Assembly (NCBI GenBank): GCA_964016885.1
Contig: OZ024742.1
Location: forward strand, 297,290,001-297,354,000
DNA from: Eledone cirrhosa
Lineage: Eukaryota
DNA length: 64,000 bases
Direction of reading: 5' to 3'
A model generated the notes under the pieces. It made no database searches and had not been told where the DNA came from. It saw nothing but the letters and a program-made list of their open reading frames with translations. Position 1 is the stretch's first letter, and the number at the start of each line of letters is the position of its first letter. Below, piece by piece: positions 50,251 to 63,900 of this stretch. The position numbers were made by a program, and so were the translations under genes.

Positions 50251-53200
50251 TTCTGTGTTGATGTGCCAAGTTAGTTAGATGTCCCAAAGTAACTTAAAGA
50301 TATTAAAGTCAGTCTCAGATATCTAAAGTACTTAGGATATGGTACATTATTAGACATGATTGAAGTAAGAATAGAAACATTGGGAAATCAAACATGAGAC
50401 AATAGAAACCAAAAACTAGTGGTAAGCATTATATTGAATGCTAATTACATTTGGAAGTTTTTAGATGTTTGTGTCCCTTCAAAGACTTTGATTTTTATAT
50501 ACTAATTCAAGGTAAGGGTTATACTTTGGATATTTTCTATTTCCATGAGCCTGTAGAAGAAAAAGTAAGATAATGAAGCACAATTATATAATATATCTAG
50601 CAAATACAGTTTTGAAGTCTACTTTATCATAGCACATATTTAGATTCTATATAGCAACAATGGTGTCTTAATCCTTCACCAGACTTACCAACACTGCCTA
50701 GGCCTTGGATGTTTTTAGTGTAGTCCATGTTGTTGTGAGTATTCAGATCCTGTCTCTGGTTTGAGACTACTTTTCTCCCTCACTCGCTCTAATTTTGGAA
50801 GCCCTAAAAAGGGTAATGGGAGCTATTTTTCTCTCCCGGACTAAATAGCCCCCAAAAATATAATGTTGCGTAGAAAAGATTTTTTATTCTTGTCCAAGAC
50901 ATGACAACCTTTCTAATGTTGATGCCATGATAACATGCACCGAGCCCTCTTTGTAAAGTAGTTAGCGCTAGGAAGGGCATCCAGTCATAGAAATGAATTT
51001 ACACATGAGACATAGTTCTCTGGTTTGTCTAGGAGCATAGTAACTCCAATAACTGACTTGGACTGTAATGGCCCATCCAACCCATGCAAACATGGATTGT
51101 GAACATAAAAGGGTGATGATGATGATGATGATGATACTGGATGAATATTTTCTATGAATAGAGTACTCTCCTAATTAGAGGATCACAAATTTTAACCCTT
51201 CTAAAATATTTGTTAATTAATCATCAGTTAATTCTACTCAACAATATTTTGTTGGTGATTAACCCAAGTACAGCTCTGAGCTGACCTATAGGTTCAAATC
51301 CTGCAATCATAATTCGATAATCATGCATGCTGAATATTAGGCATAGAAGACAATACAATCATATGGATTACATAGAAGTGAGGCAAGCCAATGTGAAATT
51401 CTAAATGTGCTAGAAATAGCAGTAAATTCTGCCTTACAGCACTCCCTATTGACTTAAATAATGAAAGAAAATATTAAATAATTGTGTCCCTTACACTCCT
51501 AAAAGGTCAGAAGAGTCACATCTAGAGTGCTTTTGATCATAAATGCACTCAGTCAGAGCTGACCTGGTGCTATCAACAATAATAACAATAAAAATATATA
51601 AAAATAAGGTATATTGTGTAAAAGAAGTATTTTTAATAAACATTTGCAGATTTCTAATACTGGCCAGAAGCAAATCTTCAGGACAGGTGTAATGAAGTAG
51701 ATTAAAAATTAATTATTTACACTTAAGAGAAAAAGAAGGAAAGATTAACTGTTTTATGTTTAATCAACATTAATGATTATGTAAATGCAACCAAAAGGAA
51801 AGCAAAACAAAACAAATTTTCATTTGGTATAATGAAAAGAGTACAGAGAGAAATTGTATGAAAATTTGTTAATGAAAATAAACCAGAAAAATTCTAGAAA
51901 GGAAGGAAGAAAGAAGGGAAGACAGAAAAAATAAATAACCACAAATGGATGCAAACGGAAATTGTACACATAATGAAACAATTATTGCTCTCAGATATGA
52001 AATAATCAATGAAACATAACTAAAGATTATTTGAGCAGTGATGGATTCAAGAAGTAGAAAGGATGCTAATAAAATTGTGATAGGACATTTCCTCCAAATC
52101 TCAGCTCTGTAACTAAATATTAATCAAATATTTTTCATGTTTACCAAGATATAATATTTTATTACAAAGATTTTCAAGTGTTGCCAAAATTTGCCACTAA
52201 GCATTTTTAAGTGTAATGTATTACACAGGCATGGCTGTTTAGTTAAGGAGTTCACTTCACAACCATGTACATGTCTCCTTGGGTTGCAACTACAGCCTTG
52301 GTTTGATGATAAAATGTATTCAGTTCTAGTATCCATGTCAAAATTTAAAAGCAATGAGTTGAACATGGTTTCTGAGTCATCTAAGAGAGCAGTAATTCAA
52401 AATTAGGACAGACTCAGATCCCGTCAACCTGTCCAACCAATACCAACATAGAAAGCAGGCATAAAAGGATAAACCAGCATATAGCTACTACTGTCTTTCA
52501 CCCTTCCTAATCATCATCTCAATCAGTTTCCCACTTTGTATTCATATTCATAGTCTCTCTTCTTTTAACCTCTTAATCATCAGGTCCCTTCTACTTATGT
52601 TCAAACTCATCTTGAAAGAACAGAGACTACATATAGTGGAGAGGACTTTTCCACCTTGCATGGGACTAGATAACCTTTTGAGAAGCAGTGATATGATAAA
52701 GTGCACCATGTACAGTGTTTAAAGTGGTAAGGAATCAAAGAAAATGTGAGGTAGGGTGAACACTTCATACCATAGGTTTTAGGACATACCAACTTCTATA
52801 GTGTTGATGAGTTCTCTCTCAACTAGTTTAATACCCATGCCTGGATCCTCGGTAACTTTAGCAGTGACCACCATGTTAGAAACGTTTTATTGAAGTCTCC
52901 AGTTAGGGAGCAACTACCTCTTTTCTTCTCATTTGGGGCTCTAAAAGTGTGCCATTTCTAAAAATGTGCTTTTCTGATTAAGTCATTAAAAGCTGTGTGC
53001 TAAACATATTGCTAAAACCTTCCTCTCCATTTGTGCATGTTTTTCTAAAGACATTTTACTATAACTGTCTCTCATAATTGAGTTTGACTTGATAATATGT
53101 ACCATGATTTTGCTAAGATCTTAAATGTTCAAGCAGTTCCAAGCAAATACAGCCACATTCTCAACCCTCCCTTAATCTGGAAGATCCAAAATGTGACAGC

Positions 53201-54185
53201 TGGAAAGAGTACTTTCTTTATCAACCCCAAAGGAATGAAAGACTAAAGGGACCTTTGCAGGATTTGAACTCAGAACATAGAAAGTCAGGTGAAATATCCA
53301 CTGCTCCAACAACCCCGTCCAATCAATCATGTTATGAAATTCAAGTTGAATTTCAACCACATCAATTTGGAGAGATTTGAAAAAGCTATGAACAATGCTC
53401 CTCTTCAAATTCACTATGGTCACTAAAATATTACTACTTCAACCACCACAACCACATACTACAACTACTACTACTACTACCTCACCACCACCACCACCAC
53501 CATCATTACCTCTAACTACATAAATTACATTGATATGCCTATTTATGTAACACAAACAGCAGCTTTATTTTGGCAATTGAGATATCAACGTTTGGAATAT
53601 TGGCATTCAGTACTTTGGGGATGAGCATCTAGAGAGTAAAACCCTCCAGCAGATATCATAGTGGTAACATTAAATTCCAGGTAATGTTTTCTGACAGGTG
53701 ACAGGTAATTTTTCCTTTTACTGATAGTAAATGAAAAGAGTAGGAAGTATACATGACCCCCCACCCCACCCCACACTCACTGTACTGCAATCATTAGCAG
53801 AAACTTCTGACAATATAAGAATCTGAACAGTTATTTGAATGAAAAACGGATTCACTTCAAAAATCATATGTGCACATGAAATTTATCAAACATTTTCAGA
53901 AACAAATTTATCTGTTGTCCAGGAAATTAAAGTTTCAGAGAACTAAATTCTACAACATTGTTTTGATTCTGGCTTGTAGTTGTCTATCTTTACTTGTGAT
54001 CCTAGGTATAGTTGTGTAAAGATTTTCGTTTCATAATTGTGTGGTATTAGGTTCAATCACACTTTGCCATAGTTGCTTGGAGTTGACTAAATACTTGTGA
54101 CTGAAATTTGGTAGATGGAAACTATGTGAATTCCTCTCAAATGAACTGTTTTTGTTTGGGTTGAGGTTAATGATAATGAACTTAA

Positions 54186-54405
54186 CCCTTTAGCATTTCA
54201 GTTGACCATATCCAGCCAGAATTCTCTCACCTCTTTCTGTTCAAACCGGCTGTTACTAGTTGCTCATACTGATATTAAGGTTATTGTTCTCAAAATAAAT
54301 AATTTAAAAATCCCATTGATTCAATATTATGTGAGACAATTATGAAGTAAAGCCTTTACTCTGAAAATACAATCTTAAATATAGAGTAATATAAATGCTA
54401 AAAGG
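54186..54405. mobile_element. piggyBac-like MITE
   Basis: TTAA on both sides (54182-85, 54406-09), TIR CCCTTTAGCATTT / AAATGCTAAAAGG. Homologous to 17484-17668. Confidence 0.8.
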
Positions 54406-56164
54406 TTAAGGCATGGCCAAGTTTAACAGCACGGTTACTTGGCCTTGGGGAATTTTATTGGACTTCAACCTGTTCCAAGCGTACAATGTATTCTCGTGCC
54501 TGAGAATAACTTTCTATCTCTAGAAACAAAGGCCTTGCAAGTCTCAGAGGCCTTGAAAAGTGTCATAGACACTGCCATTCCCTTCCTGATATATAGTGTA
54601 AAGAAAATAGAAAAAATGCAGGTCAGCCTTCATCAAACCAACTTATGATCAAATACCTTCCATTCATGACCACACCATCTTTTGTATATCAATGATTGCA
54701 CAATGGATTTTGTCTTTTTTTTATTTTTAAGATGGCAGGATGTGATTTAAGGACGTTTGGCTCCTATTTCTAGCAGGCCTAGACCTAGATAATGCTTGTA
54801 ATGTGTAATAAAACAATTGAATATTTGGAACTATGCAGTAATATGTGACTATTATCATTTTACATCTACTTTCCATTCTGACATGAGTTGGATGAGCTGT
54901 TTCACTCAGTGCCATTTCATATTCAGAGTTACTGCTTACCTATACAGCTCAAAAAATCACACCTTGCTTGTATTTTGGATTTTTTGTATGATTTCCATAT
55001 CTAGATGCCCTTCATAAAATCAACTACATAACAAAATGTAGTGGGTAATTTTTATCGTGCCATCATATGTTTGACAAGATTAAAATGTTGACACTACCAC
55101 TTCATAAATGTTCACTTCACATTTATCTTTGATTGACTGCCACTCAATTTACAGGGTGTACTTGGTGGGTTTTATCATGACATCTACTCGAGAAGTTGCC
55201 TTGCTCCTGCATAGCTAAACATACACTCTATTTTATCTATGATTGTGAATAATCAATCATATGATATAAAATTTAGTTACTTCAATCATGAATGAAATAA
55301 ATAAATGAGTAATCACTTTCTTCAGCTTGAGTGGACATAAGGAGATTAGGTAACATAATGTATCTAATGTATATACAATGAATTTATGTAGCAATTATTT
55401 GTAATGCTATTTAGCTTATAAAAAAAAGTGCCATACCCATGCTCACACACATATTTATATACAAACTTTGAAATACAGATGTAAAAATGATGATAATAAT
55501 GATATTAGCAGCACCATTGTCATAATTATATATCTACCCTCCACGGTGGAATCTCAAAGTGTTAATCAACACAAGGTTATAGAAGACACTTGGTAATTGT
55601 ACCTTGCCAAGAAATCAAACCTTACACCATGTTGTTAAAAAGCAAATGGCCTAACTATACAACCATGCCTGCACCTACATGTGGCTAAGTGTTTAGGGTG
55701 CTGGGCTCATGATCATCAGATGTGCAGGATTGTCATTAGTTTTCTCACAATAGTAACAAACACTTGGTTGAAAAGGTACCAAAAAACACAAAAATGTACC
55801 AAATTTTAAGTGTGAGACTAAACATGATGTCAGCACATCATATTATGATTGCATCATTCTTTTCCTTTATACAAGCTGATTAAAATGGTGTTATGAGTGA
55901 GAAGTGGTAAATCATTAACAACTTATGATGAATTCATCACATTGTAAATAATGAGTTATATATGAAAATATTCTGAAGACTTTGGATGAAGTTGTGAGAA
56001 ATGACCTAAACAATCTAAACCTCATGAAGAAGAGGGCATAAGATCAAGCAGACAGGCAATATACCATCCACTGTAGAGCAGTAAACACTTATATCATATA
56101 TACTTTACTTCTAGGTAGTAAGTTGAATAATTGTCTTACTGGTCTTAACCAGTAATATTTAATC

Positions 56165-56209
<45 letters not shown>

Positions 56210-56212
<3 letters not shown>

Positions 56213-56405
56213 TTAAATATGGAAGTGTGGTAAGGAACCAGATGGACCATAACGCACCAGAGTACTCAATACTTAGGGTAGTTGAGTGGGTAATATGAAA
56301 ATGTGTAACCCCGACGGCAGAGCTCAAGCCGTTTTGACAGCTATTTCTGGACGTCCAGAAATAGCAGTCGAAACGGCTTGAGCTCTGCCGTCGGGGTTAC
56401 ACATT

Positions 56406-56406
<1 letters not shown>
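56210..56406. mobile_element. Truncated fold-back element: a 108-bp spacerless palindrome containing the 3' half of a hammerhead
   Basis: Arms 56299-56352 / 56353-56406 with 2 mismatches. GAAAC-ggc..gcc-GUC^gggg at 56370-56396. TA runs on both sides. Confidence 0.72.
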
Positions 56407-56440
<34 letters not shown>

Positions 56441-56559
56441 ATAAACATATATATGTATATCACCATCCTTTAACATTTGTTTTTCTAGCTAGCAATAGTT
56501 GGTCTACATAAATTGAGCACAACTAAAAGCCTGCATATCACTTACATATGGTCCCCCTA

Positions 56560-56810
56560 CATCTATTATGCATCCATTGATTGCACTGTGTGCATCTTAT
56601 ATAATTTCTGCACAATCCTTTCTGACATATAAAACAAGGCCATTTCCCTGATGGTATCACTCTCTTGTATTAACACTTTCATCTTTGCTAAGTTTACTTT
56701 TAGGCCTTTCAACTCTAGGTTCTTCTTCCATGCTGGAAATTTTGTCCCTAACTCTCCTTCAGATTCAACTATGAGAACTAGGTCATCATTACATAAGAGC
56801 CCAAATTAAG
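56560..56810 (-). pseudogene. Degenerate RTE LINE RT fragment
   Basis: Minus strand reads GLLCNDDLVLIVESEG, corresponding to LYADDLALIAES. Confidence 0.65.
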
Positions 56811-57354
56811 TGTCTCTTGGGTTTCAAACAGCCCCTAAAAACTGAAATGCTTTGAAACCTAAGATAGTAGCAATATATGTTAGATGTATGATTCATGAAA
56901 AATGAATTCTCTTTCACTAGATAGTGATTTTTTTTCTTTTTTCCTTCCAACGTTTTCGCTGCATACATATATGTATGATGATGATACTCTAGAGTAATCT
57001 TTGCTGAAAATCATTTCAATACTTCTCTACTATTTCCCAGAAGACCTCTACTATTTGACAGTGATAGTTTTCTTAAAATATTCTACCATGATATGAAATA
57101 TATGTATATAATTTATTGATAAAAATTATTGATAAATAGTGAGACAAATATTTCTAATAAATTATATTGAGTAGAATATTTAAAACTGATATTAAATTCT
57201 AGAATGTTAACCTCATCATTAAAACAAAACCACATCATTGTTCACCTTTTAAACTATCATAATTTTCCGAAAATAAATTCAAAAATAAATTTATCAACAG
57301 AGTATTTAAATTCTATCATTCATTGACACATTTAAAATTTCTTCTGTTTTAAGC

Positions 57355-58617
57355 TAACATAGCCTCACTATCTGTAACACAAACTTCAAAAACCATAAAA
57401 ACCACTTGATCACCTATAGATCAGGGGAACACGCCAGCCAGATAGATTATATCCTTACTAGAAGATGGGACAAAATGTCTGTTGTAAACATTAAATCCCT
57501 CCCTCGTGAAGAATGCACCTCTCAACATAGCCTAGTAGTTAGTGACCTCATAGTCAGGAATAGACGTACTCGACGACAGAGGAGGCCTACCTTGAGGAGA
57601 AGAATATGGAAGTTGAAGGACCACATAGCCAGTGACAAATTTGAAAGCCTATTACTTGATGCCTTTGACAATAAGGAAGAGAAATTAGAGACGTGCAATA
57701 TAGAGGAATAATGGCAATTCTTGAAAGTGAACCAGCTGAAAGCAACGGATGAAATCTGTGGCTGGAGCAGACCTATTGGCAGGAGGAGAGTAACTTGGTG
57801 GTGGAACAGTAAGGTGGAAGAGACAATCAAGGCCAAAAAGCAGGCTTGGAAAGAATGGCAGGATGGGGGAAAGTAGAGAGCACTATCAAGTGGCCAGGAG
57901 AGAAGCTAGGAGACAAGTGTACCTTGCAAAAAGGGTAGCAGAGGATAGAAAGTTCAAGCATGTTCTACAACGTGAGGACCAAAAACGTGAGGTGTTCAGG
58001 ATTGCTAGACAATGTGTCAAGGAAAACCGGGATATTGTCGGGGAGAAGTGTGTCCGTAATGATAACGGTGTACTTGGGCTCACTGATACTGATAAGAAGA
58101 TAGCCTGGAAGTGTCACTACGAGAGACTATTAAATGAGGAGAATAAATGTGAAAAGATAGTCTGCCCCAAATCGATCCAATAGAAGGACCAGCAGTGCAA
58201 GTTAAAGGTAGTATAATAAGTAAGGCAATCAAAGATATGAAGACAGGCAAGGCAGCTGGGCCTTCGGAGATAGTTGCTGAGATGTTGAAGGCATCTGGTA
58301 TGGTGGGACACACTATGGTCACCCGTATAGTTAACTAAGTAATACAGAATGGGGTCATACCGAAAGACTGGCGTAGCAGCATCATCATTAACTGCTACAA
58401 GGGTAAAAGGGGATGCTCTAGATAGGGGAAACTATAGAGGCATTAAGTTAGTTGACCAGGTCATGAAGGTCACAGAAAGAGTTATAGCGCAACTAATCAG
58501 AGAGCGAATTGATCTAGATGAAATGCAGTTTGGGTTTGTGTCAGGTAAAAGTACCACAGACGCTCTTTTCCTTGTACGACAACTACAAGAGAAGTACCTA
58601 GCTAAAAGTAAACCTCT
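57355..58617 (+). pseudogene. RTE LINE internal fragment closely related to the intact copy
   Basis: ITYRSGEHASQIDYIL...ARREARRQVYLA...GDALDRGNYRGIKL...QLQEKYLAKSKPL, with stops and frameshifts. Ends abruptly at 58617. Confidence 0.93.
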
Positions 58618-59645
58618 TTCTAACTTTGATATTGGTTATAACACACACACATTTTATTTGATTATCTTATTTTATTTTATTCTTTTACCATCTTATTCCT
58701 CCTACCACTTTATCCAACATCTGTCTAACTTTGAGATTGATTATAACACACACACATTTTATTTTATTTGAATCTTCATTTTTATTTTTCATTTATTTTT
58801 TATTTTCTTCATTTTATTGCCTTCTATTTCTTCATATGCATGGCACCCCCCCCCCCCACCCACCACCACCACCACCACGAGAAATGGTGGCAGGATGGAT
58901 GAAAAACCACGCAGATACTTCTAAATGTCAGCAGCAGCAAGATCTAGGCTGACTGCAGCACCAACACCACTACCAAAATAAGGGTAGAGGTCAGATGTAC
59001 TTAACAATAGCAAAATCAAACACTACAGGTAGCCTCACCCCAGAAAGAATTTCTATAGACTTTTGACTGAGGAATGCTCTCACAACTGACCAATGGGAGG
59101 AGTGACCTTACAAATCTTTCTAACTTTGAGACTGGGTATAACACACACACATTTTATTTGATTATCTTATTTTATTTTATTCTTTTACCATCTTATTCCT
59201 TCTACCACTTTATCATTTTTTTGAGCTGACTCCAACACCAACACCACTACCAACATAAGAGTAGCGGTCAGATGTACTTAACAATAACAAGAACAACCAC
59301 TACAGATTGCCTCGCCTCAGAACGAATTTCTATAGACTTTTGACTGAGGAATATCCTCACAACTGACCAATGGGAGGAGAAGATGTCCTTTGACGCTGAA
59401 ATTCGTTTGTTTAAATTCATATGATTCCAGTTCTTCAGTGAAATAACAAGCCAACCAGGAACTGGGCATATCAGAGTATTGACAAAGTTAAACACCTCAA
59501 CAACATGTGTACTCGTCTCTACCACACTAATTCGGACTGCCTGAAGAAGTCACAGCCAAAGATGGCTGCCACCGAAATATATATAGCAGTAATAAACGAA
59601 GCCAAATTTTAAATATTTGACTTATTTATTTTAGTTTATTTTATA
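58616..59645 (+). mobile_element. Non-coding element with internal tandem duplications and a 3' hammerhead (pLTR- or retrozyme-like)
   Basis: TCTAACTTTGA.A.TG..TATAACACACACACATTTTATTT at about 58616, 58724 and 59116. A roughly 140-bp duplication at about 58962-59101 / 59239-59378. HHR and AATAAA near the end, then TA. Confidence 0.65.
59536..59590 (+). ncRNA. Minimal type-I hammerhead ribozyme
   Basis: acugc-CUGAAGA-aguca-cagcc aaagau ggcug-ccacc-GAAA-uauau-AUA^gcagu, immediately followed by AATAAA. Base of stem II is decayed. Confidence 0.7.
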
Positions 59646-59753
59646 TATGTATATATATATATCAAATGAAGCAATGGAGTAAAGGACTCACGTTGTTCCC
59701 TGGTGGTAAAAATACACTGTAATAATAAAGCATCTTCTTTTCATGTATTCTCT

Positions 59754-60530
<777 letters not shown>

Positions 60531-60537
60531 TATTTTG

Positions 60538-61068
60538 AGAATAAACTCTCAGTCGTTTACAATAATTAAGCTCCAGGAAGGGGCTCTTCCGAGCAGTTAA
60601 ATACATTTAAAATATATGATAAACACGAAATGTGTTTATATTGCAACAGACAAAGTTAGCTATTAATGAAATAAACTAATTAAAGTGAATACAATTTGTC
60701 TGTCTCGATACAAGTCAATAAAGACAAGCTTATAATTTTACTGGATTCCTGTTGATAAGCACAGAAGATTTGGATATTTCACTCTTTTATTTCTATTCCA
60801 TTTCGATTCTCTTTATTTTTCAATTCACATTCCACCGTTGCGAAACTTATTTGGGTTTCGAGGTTCAAATTCGTCTACAGAACAGGTTTGAATTTTGAAA
60901 TTTAAATATGTCCAGGAATCATGGCCGTTGCCAATATAAGCTTGTCTTTATTGACTTGTATCGAGACAGACAAATTGTATTCACTTTAATTAGTTTATTT
61001 CATTAATAGCTAACTTTGTCTGTTGCAATATAAACACATTTCGTGTTTATCATATATTTTAAATGTAT
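60538..61068 (+). mobile_element. HHR-bearing fold-back non-coding retroelement in (TA)n
   Basis: 134-bp inverted repeats at 60601-60734 / 60935-61068 enclosing a hammerhead. Confidence 0.85.
60744..60920 (+). ncRNA. Type-I hammerhead ribozyme, U3-A8 variant with long stem III and a large loop II
   Basis: gauuccug (60744-51), UUGAUAA, gca..77 nt..ugc, GAAAC (60842-46), a 24-bp G-U-rich stem, GUC^ (60910-12), caggaauc. Perfect 8-bp stem I. Confidence 0.85.
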
Positions 61069-61276
61069 ATTTATATATATACATATATATATATATGTAT
61101 AAATATATACGCATATATACACACACACATAAATACATATATACACACACATACATAAACAAATACACACACACATACATACACATACGTATACATAGAA
61201 ATATATACACACAAGTATATATACAATAAAACATATACACAGATAAGTATATACATACAAATACACATACACACAC

Positions 61277-61342
<66 letters not shown>

Positions 61343-61508
61343 AAAGGTGGGAGGTGTATTCAAAAGGTTGGAAATACGACAAATATAAATAAATAAAAAT
61401 ATAAATGTTTATAAGTGAAGTAGAGCACTCAACTGGATTCCTGGAGTAAATATGATATTAAATGTTTAATATCTTTGTATATAATTATATATATATATAC
61501 ACATACAT

Positions 61509-61597
<89 letters not shown>

Positions 61598-61639
61598 GAT
61601 ACATAAATACACATATATACACACACACACATACATACA

Positions 61640-62947
61640 TTTACATCACTACAAAAGAGGACATTATCTTTCATGCTAGAAAAACTCTACTCTTTACTAA
61701 TGAAGCTATTTGGGTTTAAAATTCAAGCCCTGAAAACTCTTTTGACGTTGCGATTTGCGATGGGTTCATATGATGTGTGCTGATGTGTGTGACTTAGTAG
61801 GATTATTCCTTCTCCAAACTCTTAAAGAGAAATTTCCTTCCCATAATATCGGTTTATACCGAGACATTGGCAGTTTATCATACCACCAACGGCCATAACC
61901 TTGATAAATTCCGTAAGCATTTAATCAATACTTTTGCTAACCATAACCTTAAAATTACTTTTGATACGAACCTTACTAATGCGAATTTCTTGACATTAAT
62001 CTTGATCTACTTAGTGCCTCTTTTAAACCTTATCATAAACCTAACGAGAATCTAAGATATATACACAAAGAGTCTTGCCATCCCCCTATAATTTATAAAA
62101 ATCTTACTCATAATATTAGCCGTAGGATTTCTACCTTATCTTCGTATCTAGACATTTTTAACGAAGCCGTCCCTTATTATAATAAGGCCCTCAATAACAG
62201 CAGCTTTACAGAACATATTAAATATTTACCAACTCCTCCCCACAAAACTAGTCATAATAACAGGAAAAGGAAAATTATTTAGTTTACATCCCGTTCTCTC
62301 TAACTGTCAAAACTCATGTAGGAAGGAAATTCCTTGACCTCCTAGACAAACATTTCCCCCCTAATCATAGATATTATAAGATTTTTAATAGAAATGTAGT
62401 CAAAATCAGTTACTCTTGCTGTCCATCAATGAAGTCTAAAATCACCAACTCTAATCGTACGAGAGTAAATCCAGGATGCAGTTGCAGGAAGCCGGAAGAA
62501 TACCCATTACAGGGCAAATGTAATACTAAAGCCATTGTGTATGAGGCCAAATTGACACCGTTGGCTAACAACCAGCCAGCCAAGAGTGAACGATATGTTG
62601 GCATGACTCAGGACAGGTTCAAAACCAGGTTTTATGCACATGTCGCTTCTTTTAAACACTCTGATAAAAGAACAACAACGGTTCTCGCAAATAAAGTGTG
62701 GGAATTCAAAGACAAAAACATCCCGTACACTATCGATTGGTCTATTTTGGACCATTCTAGAGAATACCAAAGGGGCACAAAGTATTGCTCTTTGTGCACC
62801 ACAGAAAAATTTAGAATTTTCCAAAATTTGAAAGCCAATTCCACTTGCCTTAACTCCAAGACCGAGATCTTCAGATGTTGTCCTCAGCTGAAATCACATC
62901 TACTTTGTAACTGGATTGACATTCCTAAGATGACTCAACCACCTTGA
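61640..62947 (+). pseudogene. Penelope-like element (Naiad/Chlamys-type) RT C-terminus plus GIY-YIG endonuclease; 5'-truncated and frameshifted
   Basis: ARKTLLF, FDVA..MGSYD, DLVGLFLL, NIGLYRD, PFSLTVKTHVGRKFLDLLDKHFP, KISYSC, CSCRK..PLQGKC, IVYEA...RYVGMT..FKTRF..H, CSLCTTEK, LNSKTE. Confidence 0.9.
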
Positions 62948-63232
62948 ATTCTTCTTTATTCATTACGCCTTACATCCACTACGATGATTATTATTACTCT
63001 CTGAACTCACATTCTGTACCCATATAACTCTCTGAACTCACATTCTGTACCCATATATTCTGTTTCCCCTCATCTCCTCTTATATTTATATATATTTTTT
63101 CCTTTGTTATTTATTTTTCCTATTCGTCCCTACCTTCTACCCTACCCTTTACACACCCACCTTTTTTATATATAGATCTTTATTTTTGTGTGTATGTATG
63201 TATATGTATGTATGTGTTTGTATGTATGTGTA

Positions 63233-63302
<70 letters not shown>

Positions 63303-63306
<4 letters not shown>

Positions 63307-63900
63307 GAAGTTCTATTTAAATTGTTGGGATACAAGCAAATATTTTTATAACTGATATAAAGCACTCAACAAATTATTGGAGTAAAAATACGATATATTA
63401 ACAAATGGAAACTATATTTATAAAACCATATTTATTTCATTATACATATTTCAAGGACACCAAGTTAAATTGTGGTGTGCTTTCATCAGATAAAATATAA
63501 TATAGATCAGTTTTATAAATAAATATTGACATACCCTTCAAGAATGCGACCATTTCTGTTGGAAGCTCCCGGATAGTGGGGTTATTAAATTTATTTAGTC
63601 TATTTGTTATAAAGGACTTCTTACGGTTTATGCTAAACAAACTTATATAATAACAGTCACAACTATATTACAGGTGGATTTATTAGATATAAAATTTATA
63701 AATTTTATAAAATTATAACTTACTATTAAATAATATAAGGTATGTATAATCTTAAATTTCCTTTATTATCTTAATATTTATAACACTTACTTTCCTTCAC
63801 GGTGTTTTGCTATTACATAGAAATGAATTTTCTCCGATTTTTTCTCCGATTTCTCCGAAAAATCTATAAGTTTAGAAAAGTTACTATATCTTAAACATAA
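63303..63900 (-). mobile_element. (TA)n-flanked element with a hammerhead (pLTR-like)
   Basis: HHR at 63434-63496, AATAAA and an ACTC/GAGTGCT motif. Its 3' part resembles about 61340-61475. Confidence 0.55.
63434..63496 (-). ncRNA. Minimal type-I hammerhead ribozyme with a canonical core
   Basis: auuuuau-CUGAUGA-aagcacacc..gguguccuu-GAAA-uaugu-AUA^augaaau. Confidence 0.82.

Noticed and set aside
52560-52960. CR1/Jockey-like LINE 3' remnant (also about 36050-36450)
   Set aside because: Only faint motif resemblance; too degraded to support by eye.
62306-63060. Selenocysteine TGA or SECIS in the Naiad-like element
   Set aside because: No in-frame TGA before the terminal stop, and no SECIS recognisable by eye in the short 3' region.
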